A stretch of DNA of 32,000 nucleotides, taken from the NCBI RefSeq assembly GCF_000017845.1, contig NC_010546.1, forward strand, positions 1,920,001 through 1,952,000, given 5' to 3'. This DNA is from Crocosphaera subtropica ATCC 51142 (GTDB lineage: Bacteria > Cyanobacteriota > Cyanobacteriia > Cyanobacteriales > Microcystaceae). A program made the translations under genes and the position numbers. The notes beneath the pieces were generated by a model. That model worked only from the letters and a program-made list of their open reading frames with translations. It was not told the DNA's origin and did not search any database. This document shows, piece after piece, positions 23,897-32,000 of the stretch (position 1 is its first letter; the number at the start of each line of letters is the position of its first letter).

Positions 23897-24307
23897 TTAA
23901 GCACCCGCTTTTTTATCCTGTTCTTTTGTCTGACTCATCAAAAATAATCTTAACTTTAATAAGCTAAAGGTTTGACCTAAATTAAGGGGTAATAAAGAAA
24001 TTCCTTCTAACCGAGATTGTACCCAACCATCACCCCATAACCACTCATGATAACCATCGATTCCTTGTTTTAAAATCATTCGTAAACAGTTGTCATCAGC
24101 AATCTCTACATGATGTTTAATGGTAACTAATCCGAGTGTACTGGTAAACTTTGAACCGGTGATCAACTTCTCAGGAACATCAGAGGATAATGTCTGAGGA
24201 ATTAACCATTTTTTTAAATGATTACTATTTAATAAACTATCCCGAATCAGATCATAATCTCCAGGAACTGCAATGCGTAATTGACTTTGTTGAAAGTTGC
24301 CTAACAT
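23897..24307 (-). CDS. Hypothetical conserved protein (136 aa), possibly SRPBCC/START-like fold
   Basis: Track ORF. Normal GC content. Pattern of alternating beta-like segments and a C-terminal helix. The fold call is a weak impression only. Confidence 0.5.
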   Translation of the reverse strand: MLGNFQQSQLRIAVPGDYDLIRDSLLNSNHLKKWLIPQTLSSDVPEKLITGSKFTSTLGLVTIKHHVEIADDNCLRMILKQGIDGYHEWLWGDGWVQSRLEGISLLPLNLGQTFSLLKLRLFLMSQTKEQDKKAGA

Positions 24308-24512
24308 TTGATTATTAAATGGGTTCAGTAAAGTTAACTATCTTATTTCAATCCATTATAAAGCTTTTGATCAAGATTATCTATAATTATACTCATTTTT
24401 GTTTTGATTTCATTCACTGTCAACATATTAATATATGTTAGACGTATAATCAGAATAGTATCCTAGTGACTAAACATAGTATATCTATAATTTATTGATT
24501 GGAGAACAGAAC

Positions 24513-24758
24513 ATGATCAACTTAGAAGAAATTACCATTAAAGTATCACCAGAATTGGCTCAAGTGTATCGCCAAGCTAGTACAGAAACTCAGGAACAAA
24601 TTCAAGCAAAAATAAATAACTTATTAAGTGTAGAACTAGAAAATAAACGGTAAGAGGCAGTTAAAAGACTCTCAATCGTGATGGATAAAGCCAGTGAAGA
24701 AGCAGAAGCTAATGGCTTAACCCCTGAAATTTTAGAGGAAATTTTAGCTGATGAATAA
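24513..24758 (+). pseudogene. Type II antitoxin-like gene interrupted by an in-frame TAA
   Basis: Hand translation gives MINLEEITIKVSPELAQVYRQASTETQEQIQAKINNLLSVELENKR*EAVKRLSIVMDKASEEAEANGLTPEILEEILADE*. GGAGA RBS at 24501-24505. TAA at 24651-24653. The C-terminal ...GLTPEILEEIL.DE block is typical of small cyanobacterial antitoxins that precede PIN genes. Confidence 0.55.
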
Positions 24759-24906
24759 GCTTAAATTTGTTATAAACACTAACATTATCATTAGTGCTTT
24801 TTTGTTTAAAAATAGTAACCCACGTAAAGCTTTAGAACTCGCTAAAAATCACCATCTTATGACAGTTCAGGAATTTCTAACAATTTATGAAAAATTTACA
24901 GAGTAA
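24751..24906 (+). pseudogene. Truncated PIN-domain (VapC-like) toxin remnant, 51 codons, first acidic residue replaced
   Basis: MNKLKFVINTNIIISAFLFKNSNPRKALELAKNHHLMTVQEFLTIYEKFTE*. Its start overlaps the antitoxin stop (GATGAATAA). It resembles the N-terminus of TIGR00305-type PIN proteins (VIDTNVLISALL...), but with Asn in place of the first catalytic Asp and only about one third of the normal length. Confidence 0.5.
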
Positions 24907-24932
24907 ATTCGCTGAAATAATTTTTAATATAA

Positions 24933-27272
24933 TTATGGCTTAAAATTCCGTAACCTTAAAGCATTTGAAACCACAGAAACAGAGCTAAAAGCCATCGCTG
25001 CACCAGCAATCATGGGGTTTAACAAAACACCAAAGAACGGATATAAAATACCAGCAGCAATAGGAATACCTAACGTATTATAAATGAAGGCAAAAAAGAG
25101 ATTTTGACGAATATTTTTCATCGTCGCACGACTCAATTCTATAGCTGTTACAATGCCTTGTAAATCCCCTGAAATCAGGGTAATATCACTAGCAGACATA
25201 GCCACATCTGTCCCCGTGCCGATCGCCATCCCTACATCAGCTTGAGCGAGTGCTGGCGCATCATTGATACCATCGCCGACCATCGCCACGATTTTACCCT
25301 GAGATTGCTGAATTTCCTTAACTTTATTCACTTTTTCGTCGGGACGCACTTCTGCAAAGACATGATAGATTCCTACTTCATCGGCGATCGCTTGTGCAGT
25401 TTGTTGGTTATCTCCGGTCAACATAATCACTTCTAAGCCCAATTTTTTTAGCTTTTTAACCGCTTCAACTGACGAAGATTTCACTGCGTCAGCAATAGCA
25501 AATAAGCCTTTTATTTCCCCATTAATAGCAATCCAGGGTGTTGTTTTTGCTTGGCTTTCCCATTCGGTTGCTTGCTGCATTAACTCATCAGTATTGATCC
25601 CTAATTGTTTCATCCATTTCTGTGTTCCAATTTGTATTAATTTCCCTTCTATTTTTCCTTCCACTCCTTGACCTCCCATTGCTTCAAAATTATCCACTTT
25701 GGGTAAATTATTAGAAACCCCTTGAGATTTGGCATAATTGACAATCGCTTCGGCTAGAGGATGCTCAGAATTATGTTCAATGGCTGCTGCTATTTCTAAG
25801 ATATTCAATTCATTATTATTAGCAATTCCATCAACCGTAATATAATCGGTAACAGTGGGTTGACCTTGAGTTAATGTGCCTGTTTTATCTAAGACGATCG
25901 CTTTAATTTTATGAGCCAATTCTAAACTATCTGCACCTTTGATTAAAATGCCATTTTCTGCTCCCTTTCCCGTTCCTACCATGATAGATGTGGGAGTTGC
26001 TAACCCTAAAGCACAAGGGCAAGCAATAATTAAAACGCTTACCGTTGCTACCATTGCTAAGGAGAAATTTTGAGCAAAAATAAACCAACAAATAAACGTT
26101 ATTACTGCAATAGTCATGACCCCAGGAACAAACCAAGCGGTCACTTGATCCGCTATTTTTTGAATCGGTGCTTTACTATTTTGCGCCTCTTCTACTAACT
26201 GAATAATTTGGGATAATGTGGTTTCTTTTCCTACTTTTTTGGCTTCAAATTTAAAGCTTCCTGTCTTATTAATGGTTGCCCCAATAACCTCGTCTCCTGC
26301 TTGTTTTTTAACGGGAATAGATTCCCCTGTGATCATGGATTCATCTAAAGTAGATGTTCCCTCAGTAATTGTGCCATCTACCGGTATTTTTTCCCCTGGA
26401 CGTACTAAAATAATGTCACCAATGATCACATCTTCTACAGCAATATCCATCGTTTCCCCTTGACGAATCACTCGGGCTGTTTTTGCTTGTAATCCCATCA
26501 AGTTACGAATCGCTTCTGATGTTTTACCCCTTGCTCTATTTTCTAATAATCGACCCAATAAAATTAAAGTAATAATAACAACCGCAGCTTCATAATAAAC
26601 ATCAGCATTTAGCCCTTGAGAGATGAAAAAACTAGGAAAAAATGTGGCAAACAAAGAATAGATAAAAGCTGCACCGGTTCCCAAAGCAACCAAGGTATTC
26701 ATGTCAGAGGTGCCACGTTTTAAAGCTTTGATCGCACCCATATAAAACCCTTTACCGCACCAAAAAATGACAGGAATACTTAAAATTAACTGTAACCAAG
26801 CATTATGTAACCAATGAGGAATAAACGGGATAGATAACCCTGTCATCATGGGTAATGATCCAAACATTAAGATAAAACTAACAATAGCACCCGCAATTAC
26901 TTTTTGAGTTAGGTCTTGTTGCTTAGCTTGCCTTTTTTGTTGTTCAATATCGCCCGTTTGAGTATTTTTTTCATCTTCTAAGACATAAGCTTTATAACCT
27001 GCTTTACTGACAGCAGCTTGAATGGTTTCTAAATCAGTAATTTTAGTATTGTATGTTACCGTTCCTCTTTCTAAGGCAAAATTAACACTACATTCTTCTA
27101 CCCCAGACACTTTATTGATAGTTGTTTCAATCGTAGTAGCACAAGCAGCACATCCCATTCCTTCTAACTGTAAAGTTTCCTGTGTCAAATCTACATTTTT
27201 ATGAGAAGATTTACGGTGTAGGGAAGTTTTCATCTTGTTTGTCTTTCTTGGCTTTCTTTTATGATATAACAT
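24933..27272 (-). CDS. Copper-translocating P1B-type ATPase (CtaA/PacS/CopA-like)
   Basis: Track ORF of 779 aa. N-terminal HMA domain [19 protein letters not shown] motif [36 protein letters not shown]. The internal track ORFs on both strands are shadows. I cannot tell ctaA from pacS. Confidence 0.9.
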   Translation of the reverse strand: MLYHKRKPRKTNKMKTSLHRKSSHKNVDLTQETLQLEGMGCAACATTIETTINKVSGVEECSVNFALERGTVTYNTKITDLETIQAAVSKAGYKAYVLEDEKNTQTGDIEQQKRQAKQQDLTQKVIAGAIVSFILMFGSLPMMTGLSIPFIPHWLHNAWLQLILSIPVIFWCGKGFYMGAIKALKRGTSDMNTLVALGTGAAFIYSLFATFFPSFFISQGLNADVYYEAAVVIITLILLGRLLENRARGKTSEAIRNLMGLQAKTARVIRQGETMDIAVEDVIIGDIILVRPGEKIPVDGTITEGTSTLDESMITGESIPVKKQAGDEVIGATINKTGSFKFEAKKVGKETTLSQIIQLVEEAQNSKAPIQKIADQVTAWFVPGVMTIAVITFICWFIFAQNFSLAMVATVSVLIIACPCALGLATPTSIMVGTGKGAENGILIKGADSLELAHKIKAIVLDKTGTLTQGQPTVTDYITVDGIANNNELNILEIAAAIEHNSEHPLAEAIVNYAKSQGVSNNLPKVDNFEAMGGQGVEGKIEGKLIQIGTQKWMKQLGINTDELMQQATEWESQAKTTPWIAINGEIKGLFAIADAVKSSSVEAVKKLKKLGLEVIMLTGDNQQTAQAIADEVGIYHVFAEVRPDEKVNKVKEIQQSQGKIVAMVGDGINDAPALAQADVGMAIGTGTDVAMSASDITLISGDLQGIVTAIELSRATMKNIRQNLFFAFIYNTLGIPIAAGILYPFFGVLLNPMIAGAAMAFSSVSVVSNALRLRNFKP

Positions 27273-27389
27273 CCTTTTTGGTGAGGAGAGGCAAGCATCA
27301 TTATCCCCAAATCTAAAGTATTCCTAAAATATTAGGGGGGTTTCTGAAGTCTTACCTATAATTGCCACCAAACACGCTTTTTTTGAACA

Positions 27390-27770
27390 ATGAAAATAGT
27401 AAATAAATTAGAGATTATCGCTGTTGTTACCTTCCTATCTTTAGCATTTTCTAATCAATCAGCATTCAGTAAAAATAATGACATAAATCAGCTTGAAAAG
27501 GTCAAAAATCCAGAACTCAAAACCATCTTAACTAAAATAGATACAAAGAATACCTCATCCGTTTCTCCTGATAAACTGCTCACTGTTAATAATTCGTTAA
27601 TATCTCTCCCCATTCCTGAACCCCTAGGAATATTATGTATTTTAGGAATGGCAGGAATTAGTAGTTTTCTGAAGTTAAAAATCGCTAAGATTAAAAGTGA
27701 AAAACGATCAGCAGAAAAAATCGAAGAGGAAAGGTTACCAGAAAAGTCAGTGCAACTGTTCAACCAATAA
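27390..27770 (+). CDS. Small secreted PEP-CTERM-motif protein with unusually long post-anchor tail
   Basis: Track ORF of 126 aa. Signal peptide MKIVNKLEIIAVVTFLSLAFSNQSAFS. PEP motif and TM helix in LPIPEPLGILCILGMAGISSFL. Basic cluster KLKIAKIKSEKR, then 20 further mostly acidic residues. Confidence 0.6.
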   Translation: MKIVNKLEIIAVVTFLSLAFSNQSAFSKNNDINQLEKVKNPELKTILTKIDTKNTSSVSPDKLLTVNNSLISLPIPEPLGILCILGMAGISSFLKLKIAKIKSEKRSAEKIEEERLPEKSVQLFNQ

Positions 27771-27885
27771 ATAAAAATGTTATTCTTGTTTTCCGGGTGC
27801 CAGAAAGATTAAAATAGTGCAGTTAGCTTAAAATCAAGTTAACCGATGTAGGAAATCAGGAGATTAGGGGGTAAATGGCACTGAA

Positions 27886-29058
27886 ATGACCGAATCAGGT
27901 AACATTAGTCCTAAAGATATAGCTTGGCCATTTTGGCCAGTAGTTCCTCTCTACCCCTATAGTCAACGTCGTACCCTCCGTAAAGAAGTCCTCAAGGATA
28001 CCATTTGGACATTTGAGCAATGTCAGGGCATCTTTTATGTCGTCGTTCCCATTCGTATGACGGTAGTGAAACTGGCTAAGGGCGGACTGTTAGTTTATGC
28101 CCCAGTTGCACCCACCGGTGAATGTATCCGTCTGGTTAATGAGTTAGTCGATGTTCATGGTGAAGTTAAATATATCATTTTACCCACGGTTTCTGGCATC
28201 GAACATAAAGTCTTTGTCGGTCCGTTTGCGAGATGTTTCCCGAAAGCACAAGTTTTTGTCTCTCCTGATCAATGGAGTTTTCCCATTAATCTTCCTTTAA
28301 GTTGGTTGGGGTTTCCTCTCAAGCGAACTCACAAACTCCCCTTAGAGAGTCATAACAGTCCTTTTGCTGATGAATTTGATTATGCTATTTTAGGCCCGTT
28401 GGATTTGGGTTTGGGTATATTTGAAGAAGTAGCTGTTTATCATAAGCGATCGCATACTTTATTATTAACCGATTCGATCATTTCTGTTCCCAACACTCCC
28501 CCCAACATCGTGCAACTCGATCCCTATGCCTTGTTGTTTCATGCTAGGGATAGTAGCTTAGAAAGCATTGAGGACACCCCACAAAACCGAATTAAAGGAT
28601 GGCAGAGAATTGTTTTATTTGCTCTTTATTTTCGTCCCAATGCTTTAGGGGTGGTTAACTGGGGTCAAGTCTTTAAACAGGCTTTAAAATCCCCTGAACG
28701 GTCTAGAAAAGCCTATTTTGGACTCTTTCCCTTTCAATGGGATGATAGTTGGCAATTATCCTTTGAAAAACTTCATCATTATCCCCTTTTAGTTGCACCT
28801 ATTTTACAAGGGGTTATTTTAAACCGTAACCCATTAGAAGTATTAACTTGGGTAGATAGAGTTTCAAAATGGGGGTTTGAACGTATTATTTCTGCTCATT
28901 TTGATGCCCCAATTTTAGCCCATCCCGAACAGTTTAGACAAGGGTTTGACTGCCTTCGCCATCCTAATTACAACTTAGGAAACAAAGATTTTCAACTCAT
29001 ACAAAATATTGATAAAAGCTTAACCAAAATTGGTGTTGTTCCCCCTCCTCAATTGTAA
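27886..29058 (+). CDS. DUF4336-like conserved cyanobacterial/plastid-lineage protein
   Basis: Track ORF of 390 aa. N-terminal WPFWPVVPLYPYSQRRTLRKEV...TFEQ and LLVYAPVAPTGECI blocks match my recollection of DUF4336. Function unknown. Confidence 0.55.
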   Translation: MTESGNISPKDIAWPFWPVVPLYPYSQRRTLRKEVLKDTIWTFEQCQGIFYVVVPIRMTVVKLAKGGLLVYAPVAPTGECIRLVNELVDVHGEVKYIILPTVSGIEHKVFVGPFARCFPKAQVFVSPDQWSFPINLPLSWLGFPLKRTHKLPLESHNSPFADEFDYAILGPLDLGLGIFEEVAVYHKRSHTLLLTDSIISVPNTPPNIVQLDPYALLFHARDSSLESIEDTPQNRIKGWQRIVLFALYFRPNALGVVNWGQVFKQALKSPERSRKAYFGLFPFQWDDSWQLSFEKLHHYPLLVAPILQGVILNRNPLEVLTWVDRVSKWGFERIISAHFDAPILAHPEQFRQGFDCLRHPNYNLGNKDFQLIQNIDKSLTKIGVVPPPQL

Positions 29059-29059
29059 C

Positions 29060-30262
29060 TTATTTACTATTCACTATTTCATCTCTTTCTGTTCTCACCC
29101 ATTGTGACTGAGGACGAACTAAAAAAGCAAAATAAAGGGGAATTTTCCACAATAAATAAAACGGAATACTAAGTAACGCAGAAAAAGGTATTTCTTTTCG
29201 TCCAAATTTAGTCCAACCCATTAATATTCCTAAGATTAAACAAAGCCCTCCTACCCCTAAAATGATAGTAGGTAACCAAGAAAACCCCAATAAACCTGCT
29301 GTAATAGTAATCATAATTCCCGCTATTAATAACATAACTAATAGAGATAAGGGTGGGACACTTAACTCTAATGCTAATGCTAATAACTCAAAACGTCTTT
29401 GAGTTATTGCTGCTTTTAGTAGTCGAGGAACTTGAGTTAAAATAGTTTGAATATGGCCATGTTCCCACCGAGTTCTCTGAGTTATTGCTGCTGAAGTTTG
29501 TTGCGGAAGAATGCCAGTCACTTGAGCATCTGGACAAAAAATAGGAGAATATCCACATAAAGCTAGATCAATTCCTAACTGCATATCTTCAACAATATTC
29601 CCACTCGCTAAAGAAATTTTGTCTAAAGCTTGCCAAGGAAATGCCATTCCTGTTCCTGCTAATAAACAAGGTAAACCTAAGCGAGATAACCCGGTCGAAC
29701 GCACTTGATTCTTGACTAAAACAGCTAAAGCAGAAATTAAGTCTTTTGGACTGGGATTTTCTGGTTTTTCTAATAAGTATAAAGCTTGTAGCGGTTTTTG
29801 AGTAATAGAAGATTTATGAACTAATTTTTGAATCGTTCCAGGAGTAATATAACAGTCAGCGTCAATTAACACTATAACATCTGGGGGCTGATTTTTGAGA
29901 TAATTTAATCCATAATCTAGAGCATAACCTTTACCTCGTCTTTCTTTATCATGACGTTCTAATACTGTAACTCCATACTGTCGAGCAATTTTTGCAGTTT
30001 TATCGGTACAATTATCAGCAATGACAATAATTTTTTCGGGGAAATCAACTTGATTAATGATAGATTTTAAAGGGATCTCAATAACAGTTTCTTCATTATA
30101 AGCAGGAATTAAAATATTGAAGTCAACTTTATTATCTAGTTTGATTTCCGATATTTCAGCAACAGGAAATAAAGACATTAAACATTCAAAAGATAAGACC
30201 AAACAAGGAATTAAAATCAGACAAGCAATAAAAATTAGTAAGATTTCTAAGAATAGTATCAT
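29060..30262 (-). CDS. Membrane-integrated processive family-2 glycosyltransferase (PgaC/NodC/HasA-like size and motifs)
   Basis: Track ORF of 400 aa. N-terminal TM helix; ILIPAYNEE; IADNCTDKT; LIDADC; VEDMQLG; Q(R)xRW motif QRTRWEHG; 3-4 C-terminal TM helices. Confidence 0.8.
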   Translation of the reverse strand: MILFLEILLIFIACLILIPCLVLSFECLMSLFPVAEISEIKLDNKVDFNILIPAYNEETVIEIPLKSIINQVDFPEKIIVIADNCTDKTAKIARQYGVTVLERHDKERRGKGYALDYGLNYLKNQPPDVIVLIDADCYITPGTIQKLVHKSSITQKPLQALYLLEKPENPSPKDLISALAVLVKNQVRSTGLSRLGLPCLLAGTGMAFPWQALDKISLASGNIVEDMQLGIDLALCGYSPIFCPDAQVTGILPQQTSAAITQRTRWEHGHIQTILTQVPRLLKAAITQRRFELLALALELSVPPLSLLVMLLIAGIMITITAGLLGFSWLPTIILGVGGLCLILGILMGWTKFGRKEIPFSALLSIPFYLLWKIPLYFAFLVRPQSQWVRTERDEIVNSK

Positions 30263-30287
30263 AGTTTAAACTTTAACAATAATCAAT

Positions 30288-31490
30288 TTAATGAATAGAC
30301 TCAAATAATAATTTCAGTTTTTGTGCTTCTTGGGTGACATTATGGTTTTCTTTTACCAGTTTAATGCCAATTTTACCCATATTTTTTAATTCAGAAATAG
30401 GAGTATCTAAAACAGTTTTCATGGTGCTAACTAAGGCTTCAACGGAACCAGCAGGAACCAACCAACCTGATTCTCCAGGAATAACTAATTCAGGAATTCC
30501 AGCAATATAAGTGCTAATAACAGGACGACCTAAGGCCAGACTTTCCATAATAACAACCGGTAAACCTTCAGCAAAACTAGGTAACACCATAACTTGTGAT
30601 TGTAAGATATATTTTTGGACTTGTGCTTGAGTTGCCCATCCTGTAATCTCTACTGTATCCTCTAAATTGAAACGGTTTATCGATTCTTCAATCGGTTGTC
30701 TTAATTCTCCATCACCCACTAAAATTAATTTGAAATCATAGCCTTCACCAACTAACTTACTAGCTGCTTCTATTAATAAATATTGACCTTTTTGTTCACT
30801 TAAACGACCCAGAGAAACAAAACAGGGTTTTTCAGGCATAGGTTGATAAGAAAAAGATAAAAAAGCATCATCAACCCCGCAATGAACAATTTTTATTTTA
30901 TCCCAGTCTTTAAACTCACACCAGCGATAAAGTTGACTTTTTCCATAGGAACTAATGGCAACCACAAAAGCAGCCCTTTTTATTTTTTCAGGTAAAGCGA
31001 TCGCCTCAACTTTATCAAACTCCTCTGGTCCATGAACCGTAAAACTATAGGATACACCGCTTAACACATTATTGAGTAACAAAACGGTGGTAGAATTAGT
31101 TCCAAAATGAGCATGAAAATGGCTAATTTCTAAATAAGAAAATCGCTCTACTAAAACACAAGCTTCTGCTAAATAGGCTAAATTCAATATTAATCCTCTA
31201 TCAGAATTTAAACCTATTTTAATCGTTAATTGTAATGCTTCTAACCAACGCTTGGGTCGAGTGATAGCTACTTTGAGAAAACTAATTAATAAACCAATAA
31301 TTCCTACATCTAAAATGATATTAGTTTTGGCTAATTCCTCTTTATCAGCCTTATCAATTAATGGTTCTTGACAAGCACGGATTGAAAATCGTGTAATCGG
31401 AACTCCTAGTGCTTCTAACGCTAGGATCTCTCGCCGAATGAAACTATGACTAATTTTTGGATACTGATTAATTAAATAGGCAATTTTCAT
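30288..31490 (-). CDS. Family-4 (GT-B) glycosyltransferase, WcaL-like
   Basis: Track ORF of 400 aa. N-terminus MKIAYLINQYPKISHSFIRREI; EX7E region PSFAEGLPVVIMESLALGRPVISTYIAGIPELV. Located 25 nt upstream of the GT2 gene on the same strand. Confidence 0.8.
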   Translation of the reverse strand: MKIAYLINQYPKISHSFIRREILALEALGVPITRFSIRACQEPLIDKADKEELAKTNIILDVGIIGLLISFLKVAITRPKRWLEALQLTIKIGLNSDRGLILNLAYLAEACVLVERFSYLEISHFHAHFGTNSTTVLLLNNVLSGVSYSFTVHGPEEFDKVEAIALPEKIKRAAFVVAISSYGKSQLYRWCEFKDWDKIKIVHCGVDDAFLSFSYQPMPEKPCFVSLGRLSEQKGQYLLIEAASKLVGEGYDFKLILVGDGELRQPIEESINRFNLEDTVEITGWATQAQVQKYILQSQVMVLPSFAEGLPVVIMESLALGRPVISTYIAGIPELVIPGESGWLVPAGSVEALVSTMKTVLDTPISELKNMGKIGIKLVKENHNVTQEAQKLKLLFESIH

Positions 31491-31710
31491 CTTATTTTTT
31501 CCTAAGATTTAGCCTGATGATGGGACTACATATATACAATACATGAAAACTTCTTCTATTTAACTAAATAAGTATTTATGCTGAAATGAGTCAACTGATT
31601 TATGTTAACTGTCCACTTTTAATTTATAATAGAAGGTATAGGTTATGGGTAAAAAATCTGTGCGTCTACAGCCCAAATCCTAAACAAGCATTATCTTAAT
31701 AACATAGTCG

Positions 31711-32000
31711 ATGAACCATCACCCCGAAGAAACATCACCACAGCTTTCTGAAGAACAAGCTCAAGAATTAATGCGATCGCTTCTCCACAAAGAAGGAACC
31801 TGGGTAGACTGGGGAAAAACCTGTCAACAGCTACAAAAAGCAGGCTATAACAGTCAAACCCTCTTTGAAAAAACTGGGTTTCAAGCCAGTCAACAAAATT
31901 TAATTATCGTGGCTGCTCAAGTGTACGAGAGTTTAGTGAATACTGAAGTGTCCGAAGACTTGTTAAGTTACTATCGTGGACCGAAAAGTGATGTTCTCTA
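31711..32000 (+). CDS. raf1: RuBisCO accumulation factor 1 (Raf1), N-terminal 96 codons, continues beyond window
   Basis: Hand translation from ATG 31711 gives MNHHPEETSPQLSEEQAQELMRSLLHKEGTWVDWGKTCQQLQKAGYNSQTLFEKTGFQASQQNLIIVAAQVYESLVNTEVSEDLLSYYRGPKSDVL. The blocks KEG.W..W...CQ.L.K.G......FE.TGF...QQN.I.VA.QVY are characteristic of cyanobacterial Raf1. Confidence 0.75.
   Translation, partial: MNHHPEETSPQLSEEQAQELMRSLLHKEGTWVDWGKTCQQLQKAGYNSQTLFEKTGFQASQQNLIIVAAQVYESLVNTEVSEDLLSYYRGPKSDVL

Noticed and set aside
25242-27204. Four short track ORFs on both strands inside the copper ATPase gene, and 27488-27763 antisense to the PEP-CTERM gene
   Set aside because: They are nested within long, motif-complete genes and have no independent support.
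1-32000. Search for CRISPR arrays, tRNA/rRNA genes, transposases, integrases and prophage genes
   Set aside because: I saw no regularly spaced direct repeats, no tRNA-like T-arm/acceptor patterns in intergenic regions, and no ORF with DDE/tyrosine recombinase or phage structural motifs. A tRNAscan/Infernal run would be needed to exclude small RNAs formally.

Overview
This looks like a chromosomal segment of a cyanobacterium. The evidence is more than a dozen copies of the HIP1 octamer GCGATCGC, a clpR-clpP3 operon, raf1, a DUF4335/DUF3038 pair, a PEP-CTERM protein and a cyanobacterial-type LexA box. A unicellular Cyanothece/Crocosphaera-like lineage is plausible but cannot be resolved from the sequence alone. 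There are about 30 genes and most are housekeeping: mutS2 (partial), a CPA1 Na+/H+ antiporter, an M20 amidohydrolase plus phytochelatin-synthase-like operon, lexA, citrate synthase, moaA, an AmiC-type amidase, chorismate lyase, truB, clpR-clpP3, a Cu+ P1B-ATPase, a GT4+GT2 glycosyltransferase pair and raf1 (partial). I recognised no rRNA, tRNA, CRISPR array, transposase or integrase. I do not see a clear-cut multi-gene novel defence island. The unusual content sits in small pockets, and three are the best candidates for something undescribed. (i) A 532-aa fusion of a YfhL-type 2x[4Fe-4S] ferredoxin, an unknown ~400-aa region and an XRE HTH lies directly upstream of a LexA-box-controlled lexA. 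(ii) An intact, 4-bp-overlapping HepT/MNT pair has substitutions in both catalytic signatures. (iii) A low-GC two-gene islet (a small soluble protein plus an acidic-N-terminus/2-TM membrane protein) is wedged after clpP3. Other points of interest are a tandemly duplicated coiled-coil gene pair with a tail-anchored partner and a divergent RHH regulator; a 27-codon repeat-bearing insertion in mutS2; a Clp_N pseudogene next to clpR; a decayed antitoxin/PIN pair; and several MITE-like or palindromic intergenic elements. All family assignments come from my own reading of motifs. No database search was possible.
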